Notes: generated from the letters alone by a model not told the origin. A DNA stretch of 63,728 nt, filler included, from Rhabdomonas costata (GCA_019059605.1; 41 parts of 41 records of this genome joined end to end with filler, not necessarily neighbours in it); one strand, 5' to 3'; counted from the whole stretch's first letter, positions 1 to 13,771 are shown. Translations and numbers: made by a program.

Positions 1-1229
1 GCGGGAATGATGTGACTGGCTTCCGACGGTCCGCTGAGCGATGGGGAAGAGGCTTCGCCAACATCCAACGACAAAAGGGGGATAACTGAGTGCTCTTGGC
101 TAATGAGAAGCTGCAGCTTTGACGCGTGACCGTGCTTTGAAGAGCGAACGCATGTGTGTAAAAATGTGCAGGTAAACCGTGGGTGTGAATGCGTTCCAAG
201 GGGGATTCTCCATTCAGCTCCTCTTCCCAGGGTCCCTCGCTCCCTCCCACCCTTGGATAAGTCAAATGCCCATCCGGCCCCGGCCCCTCATACCCTTGAA
301 GGTACATTCTTGACACCCAGGGGTGGTCATCCCAACGCGACATGTGGCGCAGTGTACCTGGGTCCTCGGGAACCCACGAGACACATGGAGGCCCCTTTCT
401 GATTTCCAATCTTTCCCCGCACGTACTCCCCGTTGAGACATGCTTCCCTGGTGGGATTGGTTCCTCACAACTGTTCCGGACTTGGGGCCCGAATCCATGG
501 TGGACAGAAATAGTTGACTGGCTTTGTCCACGATGCCACCTTGATCTCTCGACAATTTCCAGTTGCCTGGTCTCCTCTCACTCTGACGGGCCCTCCGATT
601 CCGCGGTGGGTGAGAACGAGTTGATTTCCACCCCTCTCACCTTCTACTTCTCACATATATTCTTCTCTTTTCAGGTGCAGAGCTGCGCTGCTCGCTGCCT
701 CTCGCCTCCTTGTCTTGCGATGTGTACACATAGCAAGAAAAGTTGCAGCGTTGTCACCATATTTCCCGAATCCTGCCAAATGCGATTGTGATCACCGACT
801 TTCGCAGTCGCGGCTTCTCCTCAATTCTTCTGTTCAACCTGTCCAGCTTCAAACCTGTTTGCAAAACTGGAAACTTGCCAACTCGTTTGCAGGTCAGGCG
901 AAAGCTGTCATTCGAAGGTGTCTCACTCTGGTCCGGAGCTGTTTGAGGTGTGCGGGAGATGATTTCAGTTCTGTGATGTGCAGCGGTTGGTGCGGTTTTG
1001 GTGACTCCAAAAAGTGCAGGCTTGTGAGGTGATTCAGAAACAACCCCCTTAACTGTTCCCAGAGACTTCCCGACTCGCTTATTCTCTCCTTGCGCACCAC
1101 CTTTTTCCTCTCCTTATTTCCTTCAGCAACGCTTAGTCTTTTCTTTTCATCGTTTGAGCCTGTATTAAAAACAACAAGAAGGCACCTCATGCATGTGCTC
1201 TCGCAACGACAAACGAAAGAGATGCGCAC

Positions 1230-1366
1230 CGGCTCGTTGTTGACCAGCCTCACACTAGCTGGCAAGTCCGTTCCCGGGGGGTAAGATTGACTGTTCGGGA
1301 AGTACGTCAAGAAAGCGTTCTGGCCGTGGCCCCCGCCAGAGAGTGTACGAGAGTCATAAGAGGCAC
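1230..1366 (-). CDS. Internal exon, hypothetical protein
   Basis: Pyrimidine-rich CAG acceptor, GTGCGC donor, open frame ASYDSRTLSGGGHGQNAFLTYFPNSQ...NNEP. No family recognised. Confidence 0.35.
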
Positions 1367-1457
1367 CTGCCAGAAGAGGCAAACCAAACCGTTGCAAACC
1401 AAACCGTTCAATCGTGCCAAACCAATAGCAACATCAATATCAAAGAAGAGACAAACC

Positions 1458-1557
1458 NNNNNNNNNNNNNNNNNNNNNNNNNNNNNNNNNNNNNNNNNNN
1501 NTTAATTAATTAANNNNNNNNNNNNNNNNNNNNNNNNNNNNNNNNNNNNNNNNNNNN
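1458..1557. other. Artificial contig spacer (N44 + TTAATTAATTAA + N44); first of 40 identical spacers about every 1.55 kb
   Basis: Identical 100-nt block with stops in all six frames. The 12-mer recurs at 1502, 3057, 4614 ... 62217. Neighbouring contigs are unrelated. Confidence 0.99.
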
Positions 1558-3181
1558 GGGGTGGGTGGTAAACAAGGTCAGGCTTTGGAAATAGATGGTG
1601 GGCTGCCCGCTCCCCACGGACTCCTTCACCCCATTTTCGGCCCGAAATCCCGCGGATTTCCGCTATTGGTCAGCAGATGCCTCAAAACGTAGCACAGCAC
1701 CGGGCCGGTGAAACTTCGGAGTGCGGCGAGAAGTTTTTTTTTGAAGTTGTGGCTCTTCTTCGTCACTGTAAAACTGCTAAATAACTCAACCCACAGTCAC
1801 TCTGCACCCTTGCAGCCAGCCATCGTTGTTTAGTTGTTTTTCCCTTGGCCCGACCCCCCTTCCATCTGTTTTGTTACCTCCCAATCCCGCCCCTAAAGCA
1901 TTCAAGGTGGAAGCAACATAGGCACAATTACAGGGACACCGACCTCAAAGTTCATCGTGAAGGTGCTCAAAGGTCATTTCAGTGTTACAACCGCAGCAAA
2001 ACATAAAATTCAAAGGATCCTGGCCATAGTTCAAGGTCAACCTTCAGTATTCAAAGTTCAACAAAACCAGTTCATAGTCAAGAGAAGAGCAGCTCACTGA
2101 TCCGGTCCGATACATTCTTTTTTGTGTGTGTGGAGGCGGGGTTAAACGGTTTAACAATGTTCGTTTTGACGACGTCAAAAGGTGTGTTACAGTGTTGGAC
2201 GTTTTGTATAGGGGTACCTTTCCTCGGAATTTCTGGTGCTGACTACGGTGAATTTGCCCGGGAAGGGTGGCCAGAGCGGGAGGCTGAGGCGGCAACGTTC
2301 CCTGTGGGGGGGGGGGGTCGAGGTCAAGCGCCCCGAAAGCGACACATAAACATAATTTTGAACCTTAACCTCGTGAAATCCTTTAACACCGTTCGAAACC
2401 TTTCATCTCCCCTTCCCCAATATAAGCATCGGACCCCACAGATCAATTCAGTTCCTAAGATTTCAATTTTATTCAATGTTCAAATCCAAACCTGCACATT
2501 TCATTTCTCGCTCTGCGGCTCTGCTGCGCACAAATTTCTTTCTTATTCGCCCAGCATCTATCCCGAAAGCTTCCGAAGCTCCCGGAGGTCTCTCACCTTA
2601 GCAGTGCAAGAACAACCGAAAGGGTGTGCAGAGATCCATCTTGTCCTTTCAGGGTTTCAGGGAAACCCATGTGAGGGCAATGCCGAAGCAAGGCCGGGGT
2701 CTTTTCTATGTACATTGGGCCTTCCGAAACTCTTCACCGGTACCGCAGCGCATGCACTTCCATTCAGCTTGATGACCCATTTATCACAGCGTCTTCTATT
2801 CCTTCCGCAGAAGCTCCAACAGCGTAGCAGCCGGCCGCAGCTTCAAAAACCCTGCAGGATTGCAGTGGCCATGATAAGCTGAGCAGGGCGGCAATGCTCT
2901 GTGACACAACAGGCAACGTCCACGCGCCAGATGAGCACTCCCACAGGAAGATCTGCAATTTTTGGGCGTGAAGCATCTTCAGACATCCTCGGAGGAAGGC
3001 GTTCCCAGGCCTNNNNNNNNNNNNNNNNNNNNNNNNNNNNNNNNNNNNNNNNNNNNTTAATTAATTAANNNNNNNNNNNNNNNNNNNNNNNNNNNNNNNN
3101 NNNNNNNNNNNNGTTGTTGGTGGAAAACCCAGGCTGCTTTCCCTGACAAGAGCAATTCGTCGCACATGGAGCGCAGCATAC

Positions 3182-4251
3182 CCCTCACTGGAGAGCTCAA
3201 GCTTCCGAGGTTCATCGCAGTCCCGGCTCTTGCCGGCCCGCCCGAGCAGCTTTCAAAGAGTGCCTCCACAGAAACGGAGGCTGAGGGTTTTGCAGGGCCG
3301 GCACTTCCCCCACTGCTGGACGCACTTGAGGAGGGTAGTGTGGAAGGAAGGGCCCCCAGAAAGCTGTCCAAACCGTCCGCTGCCGCAGCAGTGAAGGAGG
3401 CAGTTCCCGTTCCTCCCAGCACTGCAGCCGGAAACAAGTCCAGGTCGTCACTTTCCGGAGGCCGCCGTGAGGGTTGTGGCGAGGACGGAAGCGGGCTGTG
3501 ACTCCGCACCTGTTCGGCTGGTGGTGTTGGTGGTGAAAAAGCGTTTCCTGTGGCGCTCCCTGTGGGTTGTGACGGCCCAAATAGCCAGGAGTCATCATCT
3601 GCAGAGAAGGACGAGGCGGCCGCTGCCATGCCGAGGACTGCAGGGCGGCTTGCAGGAAGAGGGGGAGGAGGAGCCGCGGATGTGGCGGAGGAAGAAGATG
3701 CAGCGATACCACCCGGAGGTTTGGCACTGGACAGGGCGGACAACGGAAACAGCAGCTCGTCCTCGAGGTTTGGACCAGCAGATGAGTTAGCTGCCACGGA
3801 AGTGGCAGCCCCAAAAGAAGTCTGCAGAGAGCGGAAAGTGTGGTAACGGCAAGAAAAGAAGAGCTGAACAAATGAATGCGGAGGAATAAACAAACTAATG
3901 AACTGATAAACATGAGTTTACAAGAATGAAAATATCAGAGGAAGCTCCATTGTGATGAGATTTTCTTTGGAGCACTGAACGACTGAAGGGGACGGAAGAA
4001 AGTACTCCATTGGGCATACTACACAACGCTACAAAAAAACGAAACTGAAGTAAAGAAACGCAAAAAAAAAAAAAAAAAGAGGCGGCCGTACAGAGATGCC
4101 TGACCCACATCACTTTCGAGCAAACCTCAGGCGCAGCGGAGCGACGGTTCGAAGAGGAAGCACCACCACCATTCGGAAACAATTCTAAGCTCACAGGGGA
4201 AAGCATCTCCTTCTCCTCTACAATGGGGACTCCTTCCAGCTCCAGCGAACT
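3182..4251 (-). CDS. Two exons (4126-4251, 3182-3821) of a Ser/Ala/Pro-rich disordered protein
   Basis: Phase-0 GT-AG join ...SAAPE|TSFGAAT. Low-complexity sequence with short acidic-aromatic motifs (DDSWLF, DDLDLF) like those in endocytic adaptor tails (inference). Confidence 0.55.
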
Positions 4252-7200
4252 CTGAGACAAAAACACAAGAAACAAAAGCGTAGAAAAAAAATGCGACAGC
4301 TCACAAACGATGGCGCACAGCACCACTGCCCACATACTCAAACAAAGTTGTACCGTTTTTGAAGACAACCCACAGGAACGGAGATGTCCCGAAAGAATGA
4401 AAATACCACGCTCACTCCAAGTTCGCATGTGCACCAACAATGCAAGGGAATAGCAACAGCTCGTCGAAGATGTAACGCACCCTGCGGTGATGAGTGCACA
4501 CCGGCAATTCTTCCATGGGAATCAACGGATCCGTGCTAACCCGGAGCATAAAGCATTCCACCACCCAACNNNNNNNNNNNNNNNNNNNNNNNNNNNNNNN
4601 NNNNNNNNNNNNNTTAATTAATTAANNNNNNNNNNNNNNNNNNNNNNNNNNNNNNNNNNNNNNNNNNNNTGAGATAATGGTGTAACAATAAAATGTAAAT
4701 GGAGCTTGGGAAGTTTGTAGTGAGACGTTGCGGAGCATGATAGTGCTGCTGTGCAGCATCAGGAACTTTAGAGTTGAGCCAGAGATGTGGTGGCGGAGCA
4801 GTTGATATCCTCTCTTTCTTTAGAGCAATCTGGAGAATTATTTTTTGGTGTTTCTTTTTCAGGATGAAAAGCAGAGGACACACAGAGGAGTTCTTCACAT
4901 CATAGGAGGCTTCATGCGTGGTGGATGTTTTGGTATTGTGGACGTGTGGAGGCGAGAGCGTGATGTCGTAGTTGGTGTTTTAGTGTTTGAGTGGCGACCA
5001 AGTGTGGGCAATTGTTACTGCTGACGAACTACTCATGATTTGAGTGTGTGGTCGTCGAGCAGAATGGCGTGGCGTGGCGTGGCGTGGCGTGTGAAGATTG
5101 CAGCTGAGCGAAGTTTTGCAAGAAACTATCAACTTGTTAAGCAGTTTTATGTCAACAAGTTGATTTCAGAGATGTTGTAGCGTTATGTACTATGCAATGT
5201 AGGCAGTGGAAGATGCATAGTATGGACCTCTGGTGGAGGGACCGCGCATACTGATGTTTATGATGGAAGATGAAGATCGAAAAGGTGGAAGCGTGCATTG
5301 TGTGATGTAATAAACCCAATACATGAGTCACTTGGGTTTAACCGGAGAGGAGAGCGGAGAGCTTCCTAACTCCCGCTTTTCTTCGGTGACCTGACGGTTG
5401 TGGTGCTTTATCTTCCTGCTGGGATGGCGTGGCTACGAGGTTGCGAGGGCGCGCAAGCTTTGAACCCAAAACCCAACTCTCGTGGCAAATTGCCTGCGTT
5501 TTGGCTGCCCTTCCGCGTGGAGGGTGTGCTTTCGACTGCCTGATGCCTTTGGTGTGCTTTGGCTTCGCTCCTTCTAACAAACACGCGCACTTCAGGGGTG
5601 TGAGTGTGCCATTTGGCCTTTCACAGCTTTCCCCTATTTCCGGCTTGTGCGTAGAAGCAAGGTGAGCACAGCAACAGCCAAACAGTGCGAACAAGGCAAG
5701 GCCAGCCAAACACCGCACGACTTACGATACACAGCTCCACCGCCCAAACCTTCACAAAACCGCTTGCGCTACACCCTACGAACTCAACCCCTACAACCAA
5801 AACCCCAAACAAAATCAAGAAAGAGGAAATTAAACACACCACCCTTCAACCCATTGCTTTACGCAATCATCAAACTCCTACTCCAACACGTCAGCACAAA
5901 AAGCCACAAAACATTTCCAAAGCCCCTTTTGATTCTTCAACTCAATGTAGAAAGTCTTGAAGACTCCACTCAACGTAATCTTCTTCAAAATCCGCGGCAT
6001 TCTCGACCATCACCACATCGTCCTCGGAATCCTTCGAACTTCTTGAAAATTCTTTTCTCCACCAGGTTCTCCTCGTCGAACTCTTTGAAGATAGTTCTTG
6101 TACGAAAGCAAACTCCTCTGCTTTCAACTNNNNNNNNNNNNNNNNNNNNNNNNNNNNNNNNNNNNNNNNNNNNTTAATTAATTAANNNNNNNNNNNNNNN
6201 NNNNNNNNNNNNNNNNNNNNNNNNNNNNNGATGCCCTTCCTCACCGCTGTTCAACCTTCACCGCTGTTCAACCTTTACTCCGCTATCGCGTGACCCAGGA
6301 AGAAAGTTGGGATCAAAAACACGGTCAGCAAGTCCCAACCAGTCCAAGGTTTGCCTGTGCATGGGTCTCGTTTCCAATGTGCCCTTGATACCCACCAAAC
6401 AAGAATGCAACTGAGCGGACGAAACGCGCTGTGCGTATTTTTTTCTGGAAGTTAAAGCTTTCTGCCTCTTCGATTCACGTATGTAGTCGCCTAGTGCTGA
6501 AACTACAGTCAATAGCCGCCGCCGATTAGCGAAATTGACAACCACGACTGGAGAAGGTCATTCCGCCGACCTGCGGAGAAGGGCCAAAAGAGACAAAAGA
6601 ACAGAGTACCGCACGCGAACGGGGCCGAGGCGACCGGGAGTGGCTCTCCCACCCCATAGTGGTCACCCACAGGCCAACAGGCACATCAGTGCAAGCTAAA
6701 AAAAAACCCACAGAGTACGTGTGGTGGTGAAAAGCCGCAAGGGTCCAGCAGAGATGGCTCATGCTGTCGAAAGGCCGAATGAGATTCCATTGGGAGGAAG
6801 ACGAGGGAAGCTCGGGGGAAGCAGTGGAAGGCCTCCTCCAAGTCCTGCCCCACCAAAAGCACTCCCAAAGGGAAATCCCATCAGAAAGGCAGAAGTCGAC
6901 CATAAAAAGGGACGGGGGAGGTGAGAAAGAAAGCCGGTAAGAAAGAAAGCTGCGAGGTCTGCTTTCGAGAAGCCTGACGAGAACATGTCAGGGCCAGAAA
7001 AGAGTGACCGAGGAACGGAATGGAGGCAGCGGGGCAATGGAGCAAAGCGAAAAAGAGAGTAGGAGCGCAAATGGAGAAAGTGTAAGTAAGAAAAAACGGA
7101 AGGAGGGGGCGTGCAACTCACGACGCGTGTTCATGAGGATTCCTACGGGAGAAGGGATGCGCCACCCACCTCACGCATCTCTCTGTGTGTGACTGAGGGT

Positions 7201-8592
7201 GAGTAGTGGGTGTAGTGATGAACTTGTGTCTGAGGGGAGTAAAAGTGTGAAAGTGAGTATTTGCTGAACGGCACCAGGCTCCTTTGCACCGGTGGTAGCA
7301 TCGTAGAGTGAAACGCGAAAACATGTGAAAAAAGAAAGAGAGAGTGTGTGTGTGGCAGATGCCAGAAGTCTTCCAGCAAAAAAGGAAGGCCGAAACCCCC
7401 ATTCGGAAATTGTCAGCGCCCGGTGTTCTGGTTGCCTCGGGCAGATAGTTGGAGAGAAAAAACTACAGCAGAAAAGAAGAGAAAGGAGAAAAAACGCAGA
7501 AGACACGACTGGTCAGATTTTAGAAGGCCACGAGTACCCTCACACAGGTACCCAAGATACCCCGTATTTTCTCCCCAGGTAACCCATACCTGCACACACA
7601 CACCTCCCACGCAACCCTGATTTACAATCGGCACGAAAAAGCACATAAAAGCTACGAAAAAACGAAGTAAAGTAAACAACCCCCNNNNNNNNNNNNNNNN
7701 NNNNNNNNNNNNNNNNNNNNNNNNNNNNTTAATTAATTAANNNNNNNNNNNNNNNNNNNNNNNNNNNNNNNNNNNNNNNNNNNNGGTGGTTTTGCTTGTT
7801 TTTTTTCCGGTTTGGTTTGGGTATTCTTTCTAAGGCGGTGTCGCGTGCACCGTCAAAGTTTTCCATTTGTCGGCAGGAAGGAGCGCACACACACTGGCAC
7901 GCCGGAGTTTTTTTTCTGGAAGGCGCAGGGTTATGGTTATTGACAGGCTTCTTTTGCATCCGCGCTCCAAAGGGTAATGCCGCCGAGACAAGGTAGATCC
8001 CCGCGTTTGGGCGGGTGTGCCCTTATGTTGGTTTATGCTGGGGATCATGTCCCTTGGAAGTCGCCAACGGCGGGCCGGCACGTTTGAATGGATTTGGACC
8101 GTACCAAACGTATCGGGACGGAGGGCCAAATGCAGTACCGCCACGCTGGATATTGCGGCGATGTCTCTTTAATTCAGGTCGTTTCCGTTCTCCGTTGCGT
8201 CGGTTTCAGTTTCCAGAGCTTTGAATAAAGAAGGTAAAGCGGTCCTAGGGTCTGGTGAACGATAGGCGGGAAACAACTATTCCAAGGTACTCCGCTCCAT
8301 ACGATTTTCGTACTTTGTAGGTTTTCCTTGAGTGGATTTGCGTGCGCGGTTGCATACGATTAAACCTTTTCAATTGGAGTGAAGCAACCGCACGCCAAAC
8401 AAGGTCGAAACTACATCGTTGATATAAATTCGCGCGCCAACGAGTCATTGCCACACCTGCAATCAATTTCAGTCAGAGGAAAACCTTTCGCATGAACAAG
8501 CAAGAAGCTGAACATAGAATGAAGTGCATTCAATATGGTGCACAAACACTCTACAAAAGGCGATGTGAGGCGACGTTTTAGAGTCCTAGAGC

Positions 8593-8792
8593 TCACGGAG
8601 CCTCAACGTTGAGCAGGAGCCTTATTCTGTCTGGAGATTGATAGGCGATGTCCCCGGGCTCCGAATATCCGTTCGCGGGGTCATGCACGGCATTGTATAA
8701 GGTTTCATAGGCCTTTGCCAACGCTGAGGCGACGCGCGAGCTCGCCTGCGCTCGGAGGCGAAGGCTGAGCAGCCGGTCCGCCAAAGGAAATA
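8593..8792 (-). CDS. COG6: Conserved oligomeric Golgi subunit 6, terminal exon
   Basis: FPLADRLLSLRLRAQASSRVASALAKAYETLYNAVHDPANGYSEPGDIAYQSPDRIRLLL matches the COG6 C-terminal pattern LAxAYExxYxAVxDPxNGYxxP...PDxIRxLL. TTGCAG acceptor, TGA stop. Confidence 0.8.
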
Positions 8793-9105
8793 CTGCAAAC
8801 CAACACTAAAAGAAGGTTCTCCTCATCCTGCTGTGAGCAACTGTGGCTGCATAGTCAAAAAAGGGAATTGAGACATAGCTTACCTGAACAATTTGAATCA
8901 CAGGGCGCAAACTCCACGGTCGTAAAAAAACGGCAACATCAATAATAACAAAAGCTAAATCCATATAAAACCGATAATGAATACCCAGAGCTTCATCGAG
9001 CCCGGAAACCCAGATCATTTCGGAACAGCTGCGGCCATTTTTCAAAACTGCTCAGATTTATCTACCTAATCGTTTTTTTCAGAGCTTTTGGCTTGCACAC
9101 TGCAG

Positions 9106-9199
9106 GTCCCTCTGTCCTCTGTGCCAGCCACCTGGGAGGCAGCCATGAAGGACACGCTCCATGCTTTCTACAACTACCTCTATGCCATTGGAACCTGCG
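9106..9199 (+). CDS. COG6: COG6 penultimate exon (opposite strand to the terminal exon)
   Basis: CAG|VPLSSVPATWEAAMKDTLHAFYNYLYAIGTC-G|GT resembles the PLS...LxxFxxxL segment preceding the COG6 C-terminus. Ends in phase 1, matching the 8593-8792 exon. Confidence 0.6.
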
Positions 9200-12100
9200 G
9201 TTTCCTTTTCTGCCCTTTTCCGGCTGTCATTCCACCACCACNNNNNNNNNNNNNNNNNNNNNNNNNNNNNNNNNNNNNNNNNNNNTTAATTAATTAANNN
9301 NNNNNNNNNNNNNNNNNNNNNNNNNNNNNNNNNNNNNNNNNTTTGTGGGTGAAGAAGTCTCCAGCATTAGTGAACTGATGGCTCAGGCAGAAGAAAGAAA
9401 GAGGAACGGGGATGTATCGCTGTTCAACTTTGTGATCAATCGCGGCCGTCGCCGAATTGAAGAATTGATTGCGCTGGCCAATGAAATGGTGAATAGCGTG
9501 GAACAACAACAAGCATACTCCCAGTTGAGCCGAATGGACACGCTGCGGGGTGGTGTGTTTACCATTTTTGTGGGCTTGGCTTACTATTATTTCAAAACCC
9601 GTTTTTGTACCCTCCTATGCAACAAACAGGGGCCGGAATTGAAGGCTGCAGCTGCCCCCAACCGCACTTGTGGGAAACGCTTGCAAAGAGAACCTTGGAA
9701 ACCAGCGACATCTCCACCACCTATTTGATAAGGGCAGGTCCAAAGGAAGGAACGTTTTCCTGAAAGCTCGTGCTAGCTGCGGTAAGTCCTTTTTGCTTCG
9801 TCCTCTGGAAAAGGTTTTCTAACCCTCTCAAATCCTGCGGGAAATATGTTTTCATTTGTTGATATCCACACCTTTGAGTCCGAAATGCCGAAAGTGCGCC
9901 TTAAAGTTTTGTTGGGAATTAGAAAGGGAAGTAGTCCCGCCGCCCAGCCTGCAGGAATGAACGCCGTTGATTTATAGAATATTTTCGCGGCTCTCCACAA
10001 ATGCTTGTTCTTTTGCAAAGCCTTTACACCCAGTCTGCCAGATCTCAAGAATTACCTTTACACCCAAAGCGAATGTTGATTAAAATTTCGCATGGTGCAC
10101 CAGATATGACGTGGGAAAGTCTTTTTCAGGCAAACGGAGTTCTATGATGCAGCATTGTGCAAAATGTCTGCCACTTATTCTGAATATTTGTTTTTCTCAA
10201 GGGAATAGAGTTGAGAGCTTGAGATGGGCCGCAATCCGAATCCCCCAACGGGTCGTTCGGCACTACAGGCGATCGGCGACGGGTAGGGGTGTGTTTCGAA
10301 GGGATGGCGGTGGGTGGGGTGCAGAGGGTGAGCCTCTGACCTGCGGCAATGCTCACGGGTGTGTTGCCGCGGAGATCTGCCGTGGCAAGGGCACCCGGCA
10401 CCCGAACCCCAACACGGCCCTGCTTCGCCAATGGCTGCGGTGAAAAAGGGGCGCAAGCAAGGAAGGGAACCACACAGAAAGACACAGACACAGACAGATA
10501 AGTGCAAAGGTAAGTTACATCCTGAAACTCAGAATGTAGTATGTTACGAGTTTCCAAGTGAAGTCCTGGGAACGCTATAAAATGCCGCTAGGCTTGTGTG
10601 TATGCATACGATATGTTTTAAGCGTTTTCATGCTACTGAGGCAAAAAAAAAAGCACGTGTTCTGAGTTTACGGTGTAACGTGCTATATCGCTTATTTTAA
10701 CCAGCAATGGACATGACAACACAGGAAGCACGCGCGAGGGCACTCCCAGAAGTTTAAGGAAGACAGGATGGTCTGAAAATTCAATGGTACCCAAAAACNN
10801 NNNNNNNNNNNNNNNNNNNNNNNNNNNNNNNNNNNNNNNNNNTTAATTAATTAANNNNNNNNNNNNNNNNNNNNNNNNNNNNNNNNNNNNNNNNNNNNCG
10901 AGGGGTGGGCTGCAGGGGGATCACCGTCAGAAAGGGAGCATGGGGAGAGGGCGAAGCCCATGGAGTGGGCGAGGTGGGAGAGGACCTCCGCTTCGGCTTC
11001 TCCGTGACCCTCGGTGAGGGTTGAAATGCGCAGGGCGATGGACAGGGCCTGGTTCAGAGGGGAACCCTAGGCAGAGCACAAAGAATTTGGAATGGGAAGA
11101 CTGATGGCGAGCGCTTGAGGTGGAGTAGAGGAGTTGGTTCACCTGACATGTCATGATGCATGCATACTATAGGATTTCTTTTTGAAACCGCTCGTGTAAG
11201 TCGTCACTTCTCTTCATGTGCAGGTTCGTCGCTTCACTGACGATATCATTCACCCCCGCCAGATGGGTTTTGCTTTTGTGGTGCCTATGTAATTTATTGT
11301 TTCGTCCCTTTCCTGCATTGTATTTTTTCTTACCGCGGGCGGGCTTTGCTACTGTGCAATATACGCACATCCGTTCAACACCGAACATTCGCGTCCTCGT
11401 AGTGTTTTCTTTGCTGACGACGTTTGGCGCGTTGAGGCCTTGCTGGAAACAGAAAGAAGCAAATGGGTGCAACCGCAACCAGAGGAAATCACTGAGAAGA
11501 ATCGACGGCACCATGAACCTCGTACACAACAACACTGATGACAACGAGATCCAACAGGTGGCCATAACACTCATTGAGGGCCACTGAAGTCGCCCCAGAC
11601 TAACGTTTTCCCTGGGTTCTAGGAGATATGCATTGAGGCTGTCAGTGCCGCAAAGCATTTCCAAAAGCAGACTGGTCAAAACAGCAAACGTCACAATTCC
11701 ATAGGGCTGTACACCTGAAGAACTGCCGCGGAACTCTCTGGCGGGGACGACGGCATGCCATGGCCCCGAAAGCTCCCTGAGAGGCGGGTTCCAATCATAA
11801 ACCAGCGTGGACACAGGCCTCATCCGCAGCAGAATGGGAATCGACGGACGCTTTGCAAGATCGATGGAGTTGTCTAAAATCCCGCCATTCAATGCATCAG
11901 GCTTCCCCATCGCCCTCGACGTCGAGGGCGATGGGGAAGACAGAGTAGTACAAACATAAGCCTGCACCAAAGGTGCGTGTTTTGGGGCAATTGAGAATTT
12001 AGACCACCGCATTGGATGCTGTGTATGTTATGATTTCAGTGTATTATGGAAAAGGGAGATAACCTTGAATCCAGCTGCGCAGTTCAGATTTTACCGAGCA

Positions 12101-12729
12101 ACGCTTTCTGTGTTTAAGTGATACCACTCTACCACAACCCCTCTTACAAAACCCGTCTTGGTTTCAAAGTTTCAAAAAGGCACCGCATTAAATGCTGGCA
12201 AGGGGTCCAGCCATTGCCATACGAACAACCACTTGTAGGTAGGTATCCACGTCACAACTCCCTGTCATTTGTCTTTGCACAGCCCCTACTTTTACTTCTT
12301 CGGTGCGTGGTGCACCACACTCCGTCACACTCCGTCTCTGCGCTCTCACGGCACTNNNNNNNNNNNNNNNNNNNNNNNNNNNNNNNNNNNNNNNNNNNNT
12401 TAATTAATTAANNNNNNNNNNNNNNNNNNNNNNNNNNNNNNNNNNNNNNNNNNNNGGTTTGGGGTAGACATTATATATAATGGCCTTTGTCGGACGTTTT
12501 GCAATAACTTAGTCCATGATTGTTGATGGAAAATGCTAGAGATTGAGATTAAAACCGATGGCTGTGGACATGCTTAATATAGCCCTGGGCAGTGATCAAC
12601 TGCGGTTTTCCTATGTAAACCTTTTGTGTTTCCCTGATCATAGGGACTTCCAGAGAGAAAGAGAGAGGAGTGCTTCTTCTTTTGTGTTGAGCTTACCAAG
12701 ATGTTCATACTAAAAACCCTGTTCTCCAG

Positions 12730-13097
12730 TCGCCCTAGAAAGGGTACCGCTCAGCAGTCCGCCGCTGAGGCCTTGGCCGCAGAGGCTATGTGGGACCCCG
12801 GCTTCTTCGCTGATGTCCCTGCGGGCCAAGCCGTTGCCGCCCAGTGGGAAGCGCTGTGTGGGTGCAAGGGTGGGGCCCTGGAGGTGGCCGCCTTGCCGCC
12901 TTACGGGGATTTCTTGGCAAGGTTTCTAGCGGTACGGGCGGGGTGGGTGGCTGTGGCTTCAGACTGGCGGCATCCGGTCACGCTCTCGAGGAAGGCCATG
13001 GAGCATCTGCTGGCTCTGACTCGGTACGGAATTTGCTGGCACAGGCTGCGCCGCCCTTTTCTTCTCCGCCTTGGGAAGCAGCACACTGCGGGTGCTG
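12730..13097 (+). CDS. Internal exon, hypothetical protein
   Basis: TTCTCCAG acceptor, GTGAG donor, GC-rich open frame (AEALAAEAMWDPGFFADVP...). Confidence 0.45.
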
Positions 13098-13771
13098 GTG
13101 AGAGGATGGTGACGGCTTGGATGGTGTTAACTTCTCCCCGCATGTCATCAATAGAGTGCTTGGTAATATAGGTGGTTTAAAGGAGAGAAAGAGAGAGGAA
13201 TGAAGATGGGACCTGCTGCACCGGTCGACAGCAGGTCTCGGCCCAAAGTCTGTGGTGTGTTTTTTCTCGGTCTCTGATGTGCGCATGAACAGCAACGACA
13301 CATTTTCTACAATGTCACCTATTTTCCTCACCTGTTCCGGTCTCTTGTTTGTCATCCTATGTTTGTTTCTTCCTCTCTCTTGTAATGCTCTGATTATCGA
13401 TGAGATGGGATCGTCCCTCCGGACTTCCCCTTTCACAACAAACCCTCAGGGAGCAAGGGGAAGAAGCGGAGTGGGAGAGTTAAAAGAGCCGCCTAAAGGG
13501 CCCGCCACGGAGTGGGAGAGAGGGTGCAAGGACGGTCTCGCAGCCTTTTACCTCTTTTTGTGCTGGAGGTACTTCGGCGTAGACCCCATCAAGATTTTTT
13601 ACCCAGAATTCTCTGTTTTTAAGGGCTGTATTGTCGCCATATTGTCGGCCATAAAGTTGCCGAAACCATGATTTACAAGACTTACTGGAATTACTTACCA
13701 GACTCACGACTCACTGGAATTTGCTCTCAATGACTTCAAAGACCTTACCCCCTGTACCCCCGCGGTTTTGT

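Noticed and set aside
7-89. Box C/D snoRNA-like motifs (ATGATGT...CTGA...CTGA)
   Set aside because: No recognisable rRNA complementarity, and the minus strand reads as plausible coding sequence.
1502-1513. Regularly spaced TTAATTAATTAA as a biological repeat or CRISPR; ORFs ending in X...LIN
   Set aside because: Artificial six-frame-stop linker embedded in Ns.
6640-6720. IVVTHRPTGTSVQ resembling release-factor THxPTG
   Set aside because: No GGQ motif or other context; flanked by stops.
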